From assembly GCA_964016885.1 (NCBI GenBank), contig OZ024742.1, positions 104,222,001 through 104,286,000 on the forward strand: a DNA stretch of 64,000 bases, written 5' to 3'. A model generated the notes under the pieces. The model ran no database searches. It was not told the DNA's origin and saw only the letters and a list, made by a program, of their open reading frames with translations. Both the position numbers and the translations under genes were made by a program. This stretch comes from Eledone cirrhosa (lineage: Eukaryota). Position 1 is the stretch's first letter; each line of letters opens with the position of its first letter. Of this stretch, positions 1 to 13,922 are shown in pieces.

Positions 1-1594
1 GTAGGTGTGCGAGTGAAGGTGCATGTGTGTGTAGCTATGTATATTACTTTAGAGTAACTAGCAGAAAAAACACCCTTCTGGTGGTTTTCTGCTAGCATGT
101 GTAGTGTGTATATTGATATTATACGCAGGTATATATACATGTAGATATGATACATCAAATAAAATCGTAATTGACAATATATAATACATAGAAATTGAAC
201 GACTGCGTTACACTGTTATTTAATCAGTAACGTAATCCATGATACATTAAAAAAGACGATATTATATATAAACTGCATTAGGAGAAAATTAGTATGTTTA
301 TTTAAGCGATGGCAAACCGGAAGTGTTGACACTTCAGAAATTTTAAAGAAGTGAATCTTTAAATAAACAATATATTTAATCAACAGCCACGAAATTTAGT
401 AGATAAATTATGTAATATTCATTCATTATTTATTCAAAGTAATCCAACTTATTTTACTAATGGGATCAAAAAAATTATAAACCGTACGCAGTCTCGCGCT
501 TCTGACTTTATTATAGTTTACATTATAACAGCGTACTCTCGGATCCTAAATAAGGGGGGGGGGGGCAAATCGGTACAAAATTAATCGTTTAGTTTACATA
601 CTGTGATCTTCACAGTGGGATTTCTAGTAATGTACGTTTTTCTCATGTATAATGTTTTTATTGTATAAGGAAAATTGATTGTTGCAGGAATGCTACCACT
701 TAAAATAAAATTTCGCCGGAGATATCATCATCATCACCGCTTTACGTCCATTCTTCCACATTAGCATGGGTTAGACGATAGATTAACAAAATTTAATAAG
801 TGTGAGTGTGTGTTTGATTATTCGAGACCCAATAGTAGTTAGTTTTCTCGTCGTTTTATTTTATCATGGATACATATTTAAATTGAGAAGGGGCTGGTCT
901 GGAACATGGAATGCAAGCCTAACAACTTTAGTTCCTTTAATCAAAATTGTTACAGAAATAACGAATTTTGCCCAATGCTCCACAGGGGCAAAAAGTACTA
1001 CAGAAAAGAAGTGGCCTAATTGAAATCAAGTTACAATTTAGGATGATGCAATGCAGTACTAATATTTATTATTGGTGTAGATTATTGAGTGTGTGAATGA
1101 ATGAAGACCCTAACCCCTAGGAGAAGAGGCTCAGTTAGCACCTAAGTAATCTTTCAAACTAGAAGCAACCAGTAGCAGTAGTAAACTAGGTCAGTATTTA
1201 CTTTAATGATTGATATTCATCACACCTACTCATTTCTTCAGTATAAAGACTATCATAAAATGAAAGAGAAAGCAGATATATGTGTGTGTGTGTGTGGGGG
1301 GGGGGGGGAGGTGTTAGAGTGATGAGACTGTATATTTACATTAATGGATGGGGTGGAATGATCACTACCATAGTTTAAAGTCTGTTTGTTACTATTTGTA
1401 TGGGTTAGATAGGCTGTCACATACTGAGGCCTGAGAGGTGAGGTGACCAAGTCTTGCTCATATAATCTGTTTTGGGCTTGGTTTTCTATAGCTTGATGTC
1501 TTTTCTAATGCCAACCATTTTACACCATGAACTGGGTGCATTTTATTGTGACCCAGTCACTACCACCTTACTTTGCCTTCTGAGGTAGATAAAT

Positions 1595-2158
1595 AACTGT
1601 TTCTACTTTTGGCACAAGGCCACCAATTACCCAGTACATTACTGGTACTTTATTTTATCGACCCCGTAAGGATGAAAGGCAAAGTTAACCTCAGCCGGAT
1701 TTTAACTCAGACCATAAAGGAACGTAACTATGCTGCAAAGCATGGCGTCTGACCCTCGACCGATATTGCCAATCCACCGCCCTTAAATAATGTCTAGAGC
1801 AGTGGACTAGTAGAATTGGTGGAGCGCTGGATGGGATACCTTGCAGTATTTGTTCTGGTTCTTTGTATTCTGAGTTCAAATCATATCAGGACCTACTTTA
1901 ACACTTCCACCAAGTCCTTGGGTGCCTTTAGTGGAGTCCCCTCTATTGGAAACATTCCAATTAGGTCTCCAGGGTAATAATTGTTTCTACTTTTGGCACA
2001 AGGCCAGCAATTATCCAGTGTATTACTGGTACTTCATTTTATCGACCCCGTAAGGATGAAAGACAAAGTTAACCTTGGCGAGATTTGAACTCAGAATGGC
2101 AAGGGCCGTAACTCTATGCGTTAAAGCATGGCGTCCGACCCTCTACCGATACTGCCAG
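1595..2158 (-). mobile_element. Cluster of SINE family A copies (1595-1782 -, 1805-1890 + partial, 1975-2158 -)
   Basis: Same consensus as 22658-22835. Confidence 0.85.
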
Positions 2159-3066
2159 GGTAATAATAACATCCTCTTTTCCTCTCACCAGTCTTGATTG
2201 CCCTGAAAAGGGTCATGGGCACTGCTCTTACTCCTGACAAAGTTATATAAAAAATAATAATTTAGATTCATACCTCACTGCAGTACTGGCTTTGATGATA
2301 GGCCAATTCTATCAGGTTAAAATTATCTGTTTTGTATCATTGAACCATGACTGGTTTTAGGTTGTTTGGTATTAAAACAGTTCATAACACATTAAATATT
2401 TGATGATCTACCGACTGATGGGTGAGGGAAGGGGCTCTACAGTCACTCAACCTACTAGAAACAGCAGTCACCTTCCCTCATATTATACCCAACCATTTAA
2501 AAAAAGTAAAAAATTGTAGGACAGATTTTACGAACAAAGCCAACCTGCTGGAGACCCAGGGATAAATCAGGAGCAAGATGGTTGGATAACATCCATAACT
2601 TCGTTTGGCTCACTTGGGGATCCAGCAGGATCATTTGGTGATGGTAGCTTCTGACATGACTTTCTGGAAGGTGTGTCTGTGGACTGCTCCCACAACCCAC
2701 AAGAGTAAGTGGATGAAGAAAAAGATAGTGATGATGATGATGGTGATAATGACCATAATCTTCCATTGCATATAGACTCCTCCTAATTTGTCAACTTAAA
2801 TGATTTTCATAGATGTAAACCATTTAGTTTCCTCAGACGTAGGCTTATTGTTTGATGGCATTGTTTGATAATTTTGTTTGATAGTGATATTTGATGGTAT
2901 TGTTTAAAGGTGTTGTTTGTAGATAATACAAGACTGAAACAGTAGCCTATCTTCCAGCAGATGGTGGTAATGCTTCATGGTGTTAGTGATGATTGATGGT
3001 GAAGTGAGAAACTGTAAAAACAATAGATTACATAAAGGAAGTAGATAATTGAAGACTGTTGCTTAC

Positions 3067-3517
3067 CTTCCAGCAGATGATGGACTGCGTGGTAAAGTGG
3101 CTGACATTGACCTCGAGCTAGTATCAACATGGAGGGAACTTCCAGGAGGCAAGGTGGCACTACCATCAACTGTAGAGTATTGTTGAAAATGTTGCTGTTG
3201 CTGTTGTTGTTGCAACAGCTGTTGCTGATACTGTTGCTGTTGCAATTGCTGTTGATACTGTAACTGCTGTTGTTGCTGTTGTTGTTGTTGTTGCTGTTGT
3301 TGTTGCTGCTGCTGCTGCAGCTGCTGTTGTTTTTGTTGCTGCTGAATCAAGTGGAGTTGATCAGGTTGGGGAGCCATCTGGTTGTGCTGTGACAAATTTG
3401 AATGTTGTTGATGACTGCTCGATGACGTTTGGTAGCTTTGTTGTTGCATTAAAGTGTTGTACTGATTGTTCTGACCACCGGTCAATGTACCAGTTGGACT
3501 GGACAGCTGACTGCCCG
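3067..3517 (-). CDS. TNS: Tensin-like gene, polyglutamine exon (phase 1-2, 451 bp)
   Basis: Acceptor gtttcaacag|CG GGC, donor AG|gtaagc; encodes AGSQLSSPTGTLTGGQ, a poly-Q tract and SMSATLPRSPSSAG. Confidence 0.8.
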
Positions 3518-4671
3518 CTGTTGAAACAACACATCACAAGAGAAATTTAAATTAAACATCTTAAAGATATTTTCCATGAAAAATCATATACATTTGAACC
3601 CTTCTCTATAAAAATGATACTAAGATACATTTTAAATATTTGTTATTATTACAAAAGATTAAAGTCTAAGAAAACTTTCCAAGAATAATTTTCATTAAAA
3701 TAGAACATTGCTTGTTTACTAAATAATATATTTTAAAACATTAAAAAAAATGTTGCTAAGAATATTACAAACAATTTTGATATTTTTCAGTTGTTAGAAA
3801 ATATTCAAAAAATCACAAATAACAAAATAAAACAATGTGTATATGTATGTGTGTGTGTGAAGAGTGTAAAAAATATTCAGATATTTCTCAAGAGAGTTGA
3901 AGCAAATACCAGACAAGGTTTTAAAACTCTGGGCTTGTTGCCTGGCCGTATTTCCAGGCATTACCAACTATGAGGATATCAAATGATATCAGGGTAGATT
4001 TTGGGAACTGCTTGGTTTAAGCCGTCAATAGGTGGTTGACTTTAATACTGACCATATTTCTATACAATGAGGACTACAGAAGGGTAATTGTGACATATTT
4101 TGTTTGCTGTGGTAATGGACACCTAATATGGATAATTAATTAACTGACATTGAGTGAGAGAGGAATAATTTGGACATTCAACACCACTTTAATCTAAGAT
4201 ATCAAAAGTCAACTAGAAGAAAAACTATCAAAATAAGTGACCTAATTTTAGCCATCCTTACACTACAATATAGCACTTATATAATGTAGAGCAATGCTGT
4301 GTTATTTATTATACTACAATATATTGTCACAAATCTTATAGTGTAATAAAAGCATTAGGCAATAATAATATATAATATTTTAACAATTCATGGCCAAATA
4401 GTTAAGAGGTTTGCTTCGCAATAATTAGGTCCTGGGTTTGATTCTATTCTGACTGCTATTTACCATAATATCAGGTCGACCCATGTTGCATGATTAAAAT
4501 TGAATAGATGGAAACTGTTTATTATTATTTCTTCTTCTTCCCCCACTTATTCCTGGAAAGGTCATGGGGGCTTGATCCACAAGCAAGACCAACCAAGCTC
4601 ATGGATGTTATCCAACCATCTTGCTCGTGGTCGACCTCTGAGCCTCCTGCCAATTGGCTTTGCCCGTAAAT

Positions 4672-5520
4672 ATTATTGGATTGGCAGAGTCATTAGAACA
4701 TCAGACATGCTTTGCAACATGTAGTTACATTCCCTTATGTTCTGAGTTCAGTTTTACCTTTCATCATTACGGGGTTGATAAAATGAAGTACCAGTAATGA
4801 ACTGGGGGTCAATTTAATTGGCTTTTCCCCTCCCCAAAATAATAACCATGATTATTATTAGCAGCATGAAGAGCGGTGGATTGGCAGTATCGGTAGAAGG
4901 TTGGACACCATGCTTTGCAGCATAGAGTTACAGTCATTTATGATCTGAGTTCAAATCCCGCCAATTATTTCAAGAGAATCTAAGTTTAACAAGCATTATT
5001 GCAAAGTTAAAACGAAAGAATTCAAAGAGGCAAGAGGTGTCTGTGAGCCCCAAAAATCTATTCAATAATTTTGGATAACAGGATAATATAAATTCTTCAT
5101 AAGAACAATTTAACGGCTCACTCACATTATCCAGTTTTTCAGAGGGAATTTTATTTTAAAGTATTCCAGATTTTTATTAGAGAGAGAGAGAGAGAAAAAA
5201 AAAAAGAATATCTTTGATAACATTGCGACATGACATCTTTGAATAACTGTATTGTGAACCATTTTCAGACAATATTTGTTTTTTCTTCATCCTCTTTCTC
5301 TTAAGGGCAGTGGATTGGCAGTGTTGGTAGAGCATCAGACAAAATGCTTTGTGGTATTCAGTTATGAATTTCTACATTCTGAGTTCAAATTCAGCCAAGT
5401 TCAACTTTGCCTTTCATCCTTCTAGGGTCAATAGAATAAAGTACCAGTTAAGTACTGGGGTTGATATAACTGACTTGTCCCTTTCCCTCAAATTGTTGGC
5501 CTTGTGCCAATGTCAGAAAA
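4672..5520 (+). mobile_element. SINE family A copies (about 4672-4840, 4870-4962, 5305-5520)
   Basis: ggattggcag...ctgagttcaaat...gcctttcatcc...aagtaccag motifs. Confidence 0.75.
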
Positions 5521-7415
5521 AATTATTTGAAGAGTATAATGAGTGTCACAGAATAAAAGTCCTTTCTTTTGACAGCAAAGTCAAATATAATCAAAACTGC
5601 TGTCAGATTCATAACAACTATATTGGTAACCAATTTCAGAGAAAAATATATATATTTTTTATTTCTCCTCTTCTTATTAATATTATCTGAAGAGTATAGC
5701 AAGGATCACAGAGCAAAAGTTCTGTATTTCGCAACAAAGTCAGATATAATCAGAATTGTTCCATATCCCTTATTTTGACTAGGTTAGATCAAGAACTACA
5801 TTCCAAGTTGTATAACTCAAAATACTTCAGAATACATTGTTTTAATAAACTTATTAAGTAAAAACAATAAGACCATTTTAGTTCTACTGAGAATTTTTAT
5901 GGTTGGTGTAAGATAAAACCTAGGCTTAACTATTAACGTAAGGTTCTATTTACTTGAAAATAGTGCTCTATGATATAAATATCATCATGAATTTTTGAAA
6001 AACTGACACATAAATAAGAAGGATGTATTATGAGTGTGTATGAAACTAAAAGGGCCAACCTTGTCAAAGACTGTTCTGCTGAATCTCCCTGAGAACTACA
6101 ATAATGGTGCACATGTTTACAAAATGTATGGCATCTTTTGTAAATATCATTCACCATAATCTCGGGTCAACCCATGCCTTGTGAAGAAAATTGGGTAGAC
6201 AGAAACTTTTAGGAAGCCTGTTGGATGCGATGTACTTGCAATTCAAAGGGCCAGCGATGTCACACAATTTGTTGTGCTTAATCTTCCTGAGAACTACAGT
6301 AAGGGTGCATGTATCTGTGGAATTTTCAGCTAATTATACATTAATTTCATGACCAGATTGTTCTGGGGATGCAATATGGCTGAATGGTTAAGAAGTTTGT
6401 TTTGCAATCATCAGATTCCAGGTTTGATTCCTTGCCTTTGGAATGAAACTGGGTAGATAGAAATTGTTTGGAAGCCCACTGAATGAATTCTATTTGCAAT
6501 TAATATGTACCCCATTATCATAGTTCTCAGAGAAATTGAAAACAGTCTTAGACAAGGTTGGCCTTTTAGTTTCATACATACATATACACCCTTAATTATT
6601 ATGAGGATAAATCCTGCTATTTATGAGTCAGTTCCTTCATAAATTCATAATATACTGAAAGTTGGTGTTGTCACTTCAGTACATTAAGTTATTCCTATAA
6701 ATAGTAATTATTTTGCTAGTGGTCTTATCAGGATATTAAAAGTTGCCATAGACAGTAGTGGCAGCTATTAGAACTGTAGTTACCAAAGTGGGTGAGAAAT
6801 TTTTCTGGCTGGAGTTTCAACAAAGTATAATAAATCATTTATAGTGTTAAAGAAAATCACTCTTGTTAGAGAATCAACATGCAGAAACCCAAGGTGCCAG
6901 TGTAGAAAATACTGCAATTTAGTAAGATTTCACCCCAAAAAGATTAGTCATGCAGAAATATAATTGGCCAATTTACAGATGGCTATTGAGGAACCACAAC
7001 TAAATAAGATAAATTAGTTTATGTTGGTGAGCAATCACGAACATGACTAAACTGTATCTTTTAAAGTTTAAACCAAACATTATTTGTAACAAGAACTTCC
7101 AGAATGTAAATAGAAGATTGAAAAAAAAAACAAAAAAGAAAAAGAAAAACCCATTTTAATTTGGCAGTATAGCAAGTAAGCTCTGTGTAGAAATAGCATT
7201 CTACACTCGATGTTTATATATTGCTGGGAAATGGTGGCCTTAAAAATATGTCTTCATTTGCAGCTGTTTCCGAGATTTATAATAATCAGAAGCATGATGA
7301 AGCAAACCAAAACCAGCATTGGTTCTGATGGTAAAGTGGAATCTGAAGAAAGAACCTTGTTTGTTGCTCTGTGAATAGCAAGAATAACAGCAATAGGAAG
7401 CATAGATTAGTCTAC

Positions 7416-7652
7416 CTGGCAAGTGAGGCTCCGCAACCTCTGGAATGGAAGCATAAAGAGGGTCAGAGTAGCGGGCTGACTGTCGATAGTATTTGCCTTG
7501 TGTTGGTGCTGGCGGCGGTGGCTGTTGTTGTGATCTGTCTTCTAATGTAGTGGCAGTTGTGAAATGAGCAGAAGAAGATGGAGTGATGGCAGATTGCAGA
7601 AGAACTGCGCCACTGGGGGTGATCATCGAGGTAGCATAGCCCGAGTGCAGAC
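7416..7652 (-). CDS. TNS: Tensin-like gene, exon GLHSGYATSMITP...DPLYASIPEVAEPHLP (phase 1-1, 237 bp)
   Basis: Acceptor gactccag|GT CTG (in-frame alternative acceptor 12 nt upstream), donor G|gtagac; upstream polypyrimidine tract. Confidence 0.7.
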
Positions 7653-9376
7653 CTGGAGTCAAAACTAAGGATGCAGGCAAGACACAAGAGATAGTTTTTT
7701 TTTTTTTTTTGATTTTTCAGAGAAAGATAGAGAGAGAGATAGAGATGAAAAGAAGCATTAGTACAATGCATGCAGTTTAATATAAGAACCCCATCTCAAC
7801 AGAAACCTCACAAGGGTAGATACAGGTTAGATCAAGCCATATTTTATGCCCTACCCCCATCCACAATGCCCCACCAATAACCACTAAAAATGTCTTGTTT
7901 TTTTGTTTTTTTTTTCTTATGTTCTAAGAAAAAGGAATCTACAAGGCATCAGATTTATAATAAAAATAAAATAAAAATTATAAATCTGCCACATTACAAA
8001 CAATGCAGCTTTTTTCCCCACCTAAACAAAACTGTTATCGGCTAAACAACATGAAATCAGTTTGTTAAACTCAATGTCTTAATTGTTCATTTAAGTGTAG
8101 AAGCAAGATGACTAGCTCTATTTAGATATTACTTCGGTATTTTCACAGAGTGTAGGTTAAAATTTTTCATCAAAACTTATTCATACAGCCCCCACTCATC
8201 CCCACGTGCACACATAACTGTGTTATCTATCTTTGTTTTTCAATTTTATTCCTTAATATTTTATTTATGCCAAGAAGTTAACATTCCGGAAACTACAGCA
8301 CATATGAAACAACATGTAGCTTTAGAAAAACATTTTCGGATGGCCCTATTTTTGTTTTGTAATTTATTATGTTTGATTTAATCTTATACCAAAATACTAC
8401 CTCCACCCTCCAAAATAACTGTTTACTACATAGACACAATAATTATAGACTTGGTTGACTATTGAACCATTTGGAAATTTGAAAATATAGCTGCCACAAT
8501 GCTGATATCTCTGTAAGTCTGAAGTCTATCAGGAACCCGGACACTTATCAGGCTGGTGCTTATCCCAGTTCCATGGCATTAAGTGACTTAGAATACAGGA
8601 CACCACCTCCTGGACAAGACACCAGTCTATCACAGTGTTAAACCTCCAGCTATTGCTGATACTCATTTTCAGCTGAGTATACTGGAGCAACGTGAAATGA
8701 AGTGTTTTGCTCAAGAACACAACTCACAACCCAGTCTAGGAATCAAACCCATGACATTATGATCATAAGTTCAACACCGTTATCACTAGGCCAAGCACCT
8801 CCATGCTGATAACTAGAATTGTTTTTACTTTAAGCACAAGGCCAGCAATTAACCAGTGCATTACTGGTACTTTATTTTATCGACCCCGTAAGGATGAAAT
8901 GCAATGAAAAAATCAAGTAAAGTATCCCCCGTCGATAGAAAAAAGCAGAGATGCCTGCACCATGTATCTCTCGTATGCCAGTGTGTCTATTTATTTTTTC
9001 AACACCAGAGGTATTTGATTTATAGGCAACTGTATTTTCAACTATTGTTATAGTTATCTGCACTGTAGTGGCTACATTTTCAAATTACATAGAATATTGT
9101 TTTACAATGTTAATTAATTAAATTAAATAAGGGGTATCTCTTGAGAAGGCATCGAAAGATCTACAAGAATGTTAACTTAAGAAATAATAGGTACCTGTAA
9201 ACACAACACACAACCTAAATCCTCCTTGTGAGAATCTGAAGAGACTTACCTCACCATAACAGACCATATCAAGTGACCAAAGAAACAACAAATTGTCAAA
9301 TAAGAACAAGATAATTTGTTTAAGTTAAATGTTAATTTAGAATATTAATAAAATGAGAATGAATATATTATTGCTG

Positions 9377-9417
<41 letters not shown>

Positions 9418-9604
9418 GTAGTTATTATAGACGAGATACATTTACATCAGGTGCATTTCACTTGGATAATTATTATCAACAGTGTTAACATATTTGGACA
9501 ATGACTACACAGGTTTAGTGAAAATGTATAAAACACCCACACTGAAAATATATAAAATCCATGTATTCAATCACTTCGTGTTTCCTTTTATTTTATTTTT
9601 ATAT

Positions 9605-9684
9605 ACAGGGTGTCCCCCCAAAATATATACCAACATTAACATAAATATAATCAAAGTGTGTATACATTTTTTCGGACACTCTGT
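9605..9684. mobile_element. Small Tc1-like MITE (cagggtgtcc TIRs); relative at about 53911-54010
   Basis: ta|cagggtgtcccccca aaatatatac...gtatacattttttcggacactctg. Confidence 0.6.
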
Positions 9685-9970
9685 GTGTGTGTGTGTATGA
9701 AATTTTCAGAAAATATGTATAACTGCAGTCAATTGCTGTAAACAATAGCTAAGCAATTGACTGTGTTTACTGCTATTTTCTGCATTTGGGATTCCTGTGT
9801 CTTCTACGAATTTCAAAGGTAATCAGCACAGTGATACTTTATATTTATAATATATATGTGTATGTGAATATATATACTTTTTTAGTTTCAGAAGATCCCG
9901 TTAAGGGTGAAAGCAGCGATTCTTTGCTTAAACTTTAATCTGTTATTTTAATAAATAAATATATATATAT

Positions 9971-10310
9971 CATTTCATTTCATTTTACGTCCGCTTTTTC
10001 CCTGCTTGCAAGGGTGGGACGGGAACTGATTCTGGCTTGATTTCTACAGCTGGATGCCCTTCCTAACACCAACCTCATTTACAGTGAGTGCTGGGTGCTT
10101 TTTTTTTTGCCGTGGCACCTCCACGACCACTTTGCAGTGGAATGATATGGACCCCAGACCCTATCATCTCATTTCTACAGCTGAGTAAACTGGAGCAATG
10201 TGAAATAAAGTGTCTTGCTCAAGGAAACAACACATCACCCGGTCTGAGAATTGAACTCACAACCTTTCGATTGCAAGGCCAATGCTCTAACCACTAAGCC
10301 ATGTGCCTCC
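9971..10310 (-). mobile_element. SINE family B copy
   Basis: Reverse complement nearly identical to 42164-42504. Confidence 0.9.
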
Positions 10311-12284
10311 ATATATATATATGTGTGTGTATTTATATGTATGTGAATATATATATATATGTGTGTGTGTATGTGAATATATGTGTGTGGTGACAATCTG
10401 AGCGGATGTATTACAAGATAGACACAGAAAGATTTCATTATAGACATACAAAACAGAATTCTATAAAGTGAGAGGGAAGAATGTTAGTTTTAAATGGATA
10501 TTAATTTTTAAGCTCCTATTGTAAATGTATGGTATCAACTCTTTGCTATTTACATAAAGTTTTATGTATGCTATTATTATTAATTATATAATATTAGTTA
10601 GGTAGTGAATTGGCTGAGTTGTTAGCATGCTAGATAGAATTGCTTTTCATCCTTTTTAGGTTAATAAAAAAGTACCAGTCAAGTACTGGAGTCAATTCTT
10701 CCTCTATACCTCTTTCTTACTTCCCCCTCTCTCTCTTTCCGTCTTGGGAAGAAATTGGCTGTGTTCAAACTTGGAGAGGGGATGTACTCTGCTAGGTTTA
10801 AAGTACTCAAGACATGCTGTATGTCACTATGGCACTTCTATGATTCCACCAGGAGTTATGAGTTCATACATTCAATAATATTTATTACAGATATGAGGAC
10901 AGTGGATTGGCAATACTGAAAGAGCATTTGACAAAATGCTTTGTGGCCTTCAGTTTTGGCTTTCTACATTCTGAGTTCAAATCCTGCCAAGTTCACCTTT
11001 GCCTTTTATCCTTCTAGGGTTGATAAAATAAAGTACCCGCCTTAGAGTTGATGAAATTCTGGCCTAGTGCCTATACTAGAAACCATTATTGTTGTTGTTG
11101 TTATTATATTATAAGCAAAAGCAGTTCCCAATCTTTCAGCCACTGAATTAAATTCTATTTTAGTATGTTGACAAGAAAAGACTGTTGTTAGAGAGAATTC
11201 TAATTGCTTTGTAGTTCAAAGACTGGAAGAATGCCAGCTAGACTGAAGGCAGTGTAGTCTATCTCTGTATAAGCCGGTATATTACTGGTACTTATCAATG
11301 GACACTGACTGGGTATATTTTAAATGCAGTCATATAATATTAAATTAGGCATTGTGAGCCACTTCATTTACCTTTGAACCAACTTGAGTACTTGGTCACT
11401 TAATTATATTACTGGTATAACTAATTTGACCAAACCAGACTTGAACTCAAAATTAATAAGGGGGAAACATACTGCTTTGGTCATGTTCCGCTACTTTTAC
11501 AAAAAAAAAAAAAATGGAGAGGAAAAAGAATCAATTATTAACTCATTTTTCTATGTTTTTGAATAAGTACACGATATCATTGCATGTCGTAAGAAGCAAC
11601 TAAAATGGTTGGTGTTAAGGGAGGGTATCCAGCTGTAAAACATTGTCTCTAAAAATCCTGTCCAACCCATACCAACATGGAAAAGTGGACATAAACACGA
11701 TAATGATGATCATATTGATGATCTAAATCAAATATTTTATTTAGGACGGCTATCACTAATTTAAATTAGCCAGAAAATCTCTCTGAATGCTTTACAGAGC
11801 ATCATTTGGATGTGTGTAAAAATATGTGGGTTGAAATAGGAAACTACTTGTAAGAGTTTAACATGAATAGTTATCTATGTTTTCTCTCCATCAGTTTCCT
11901 GTTTTAGAGGTCAATGAAGTATATAATAATAAATAAAAAAAAATTCCCCTGAAATTACAAATAACGCGTTTGTAATGAAAAATGAACAGACAGATAACTA
12001 CTTTCTCATCATCCAAGTATTTTCATAACTGAATATTTCAAGAACTCCATTGTTCAACAAAAACTATGCTGTCCTTATATGGCTTACAACTATCTATCTA
12101 TGACATCGTTGAAAATTAAGCCTGTAACTTTACAATGGTAAAACACTTCATTGTAGTTCTGAGAAACCAGTTTAATATATTGCTTTACCAAAATAAATCA
12201 AAGTATGACTTGAAATTTTTACTTCCTATCAAAAAAAAACCCTCAGGCTGTTCATTGACCCTCATAAAGGTTATAGAATCACCA

Positions 12285-12695
12285 TCATCATTGTTTAACA
12301 TCCATTTTCCATGCTTGCCTGGGTTAGATGAGTTGTCATGTTCTGAGGTTAGACCAGCCATGTGACTATATTTAGCTCATATATTCCATTTTTACTGATG
12401 GATGCTGTTCTTAACACCAGCCACTTTACAACGTATACAGGGAACATTTTATTGTGGTACCAGCACTACCAACTAACAGGGCGGGCTGGATGCTATTTTA
12501 ATGTGGCACTAACACTACCAGCTTACACAGTGATAAACTGGGTGTATTTGTCATGGAACTTTACAGTAGGGATGAGGAGAATTTTATTGTAACACCAACT
12601 AAACAACTTTACAAAGTGAAATGGGAGCATTTTATCATGGCATCAACACTACCACTTTACAGAGTGAGCTGGGTGTATTTTATTGTGGTACTAGA
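12285..12695 (-). mobile_element. RTE-tail SINE-like element with about 40-bp internal tandem repeats
   Basis: Starts catcatcattgtttaacatccattttccatgcttgc; repeated actttaca...ctgggtg...ttattgtggcacc unit; relatives at about 14225-14570, 15375-15590 and 51860-52195. Confidence 0.6.
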
Positions 12696-13098
12696 AATCA
12701 GTGTAAAATATTGTAGGGTGTTATTTGATTAAGAATGACTGCTCATTATTAACTCTTTAAATAATAACATCACCAAAACCACTTCTGTTTCTATGGAATA
12801 AAGCCACCCATTTTCAATAGTTCTGACTTAAATAAAAATCTTTCAGCATGAACCTTTTATGTTAGAACTAATTTAAATAAATTCTTCCAGATTATGTTAT
12901 TTCAAATAGTGTATTTTATTTAAAATATGGTAATGAAAAGGTTAAGTCAGGAGAAAAGTGAGTGACTGTCAATAATAATGATAATAAAAGAATTCAGTGA
13001 AAAAAGTTCTTAGGGTGACATCAATAGGTCTATGTGAACTAGTAAGTTTTTGAGACCTTATAGTTGGAATATATATATCATATATGTATATTTTTTAA

Positions 13099-13537
13099 CC
13101 CTTTTGATACCAAACCATTTGAAACTGACCCTGGTTCCATGATACAAAACTGTTTATGTTAAAATGGTTATGTTTATTTAAAACCTTCCCATCATGATTT
13201 TATGTAAGAACTTTTGTTAAGTTATGTTCCAAATACCATCTTAATAATGAAAAAGTTAGTTATATTATTGAATCCCTCCAAATTTTTGATTATTTTCAAA
13301 ATTGTTTTAAAATCATTGGCAGTGTCTTTCATTAGAAATATGGTAACAAAAGGGTTAACACTTTTGGTATCAAACCATGTGAAACCACCTTTGGCTCTAT
13401 GATACATAACTGTTTATTTTATATAACAGCATGTTATGTTCCAAAACCAGCTAAATTTTCTCAAGTTCTTGATTATCTTCAAAATTGTTTGGAAACCATA
13501 GACAGTGTCTTTCAAAAGAAATATGGTAACAAAAGTG
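13099..13537. mobile_element. Two tandem piggyBac-type MITEs (family 2) sharing a central TTAA
   Basis: TTAA|cccttttgatacca...tggtaacaaaaggg|TTAA|cacttttggtatc...tggtaacaaaagtg|TTAA; decayed relatives near 35090-35650, 32490, 37940 and 55715-56235. Confidence 0.8.
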
Positions 13538-13757
13538 TTAAAATGATATTGATAATTTATGTGTATGTGAGACTAAAACTATAAAGATCTGATTTGTGAT
13601 AAACACACAGCAGTGAAAACACAAAGCCAGGTCAGCAATTTTACATAAGAACACAACATAAATCACACAAAGCAGGCATAGCTGTAATATCAAACTGGAA
13701 TTGAATTTACAAACTAGGTGTATATGATTTCTTATACACACACATATATTTAGACAT

Positions 13758-13922
13758 ATATTCATTTTATTAAGGCTAAATAGTGAGTCTTGTTACTCTG
13801 GAGTTTCATCTGTTTATCATAGGGTCATCAGACAAGAACTATTCTAGTCTGATGACCCTATGATAAACAGGTGAAACTCCAGAGTAACAAGACTCACTAT
13901 ATAGCCTTAATAAAATGAATAT
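13758..13922. repeat. Near-perfect palindrome: 81-bp arms (3 mismatches), 3-nt loop
   Basis: 13758-13838 pairs with 13842-13922. Confidence 0.95.
13842..13892 (+). ncRNA. Hammerhead ribozyme-like motif (mirror copy on the - strand at about 13788-13838)
   Basis: CUGAUGA(13849-55)-cccu...aggu-GAAAC-uc-ca-ga-GUA-acaaga. Stem III is acuc/gagu; stem I ucuugu/acaaga is perfect in the - strand copy; the stem II closing pair is mismatched. Confidence 0.55.

Noticed and set aside
58-96. Short hairpin ctagcagaaaa...ttttctgctag
   Set aside because: Small and isolated, with no ribozyme core or family link.
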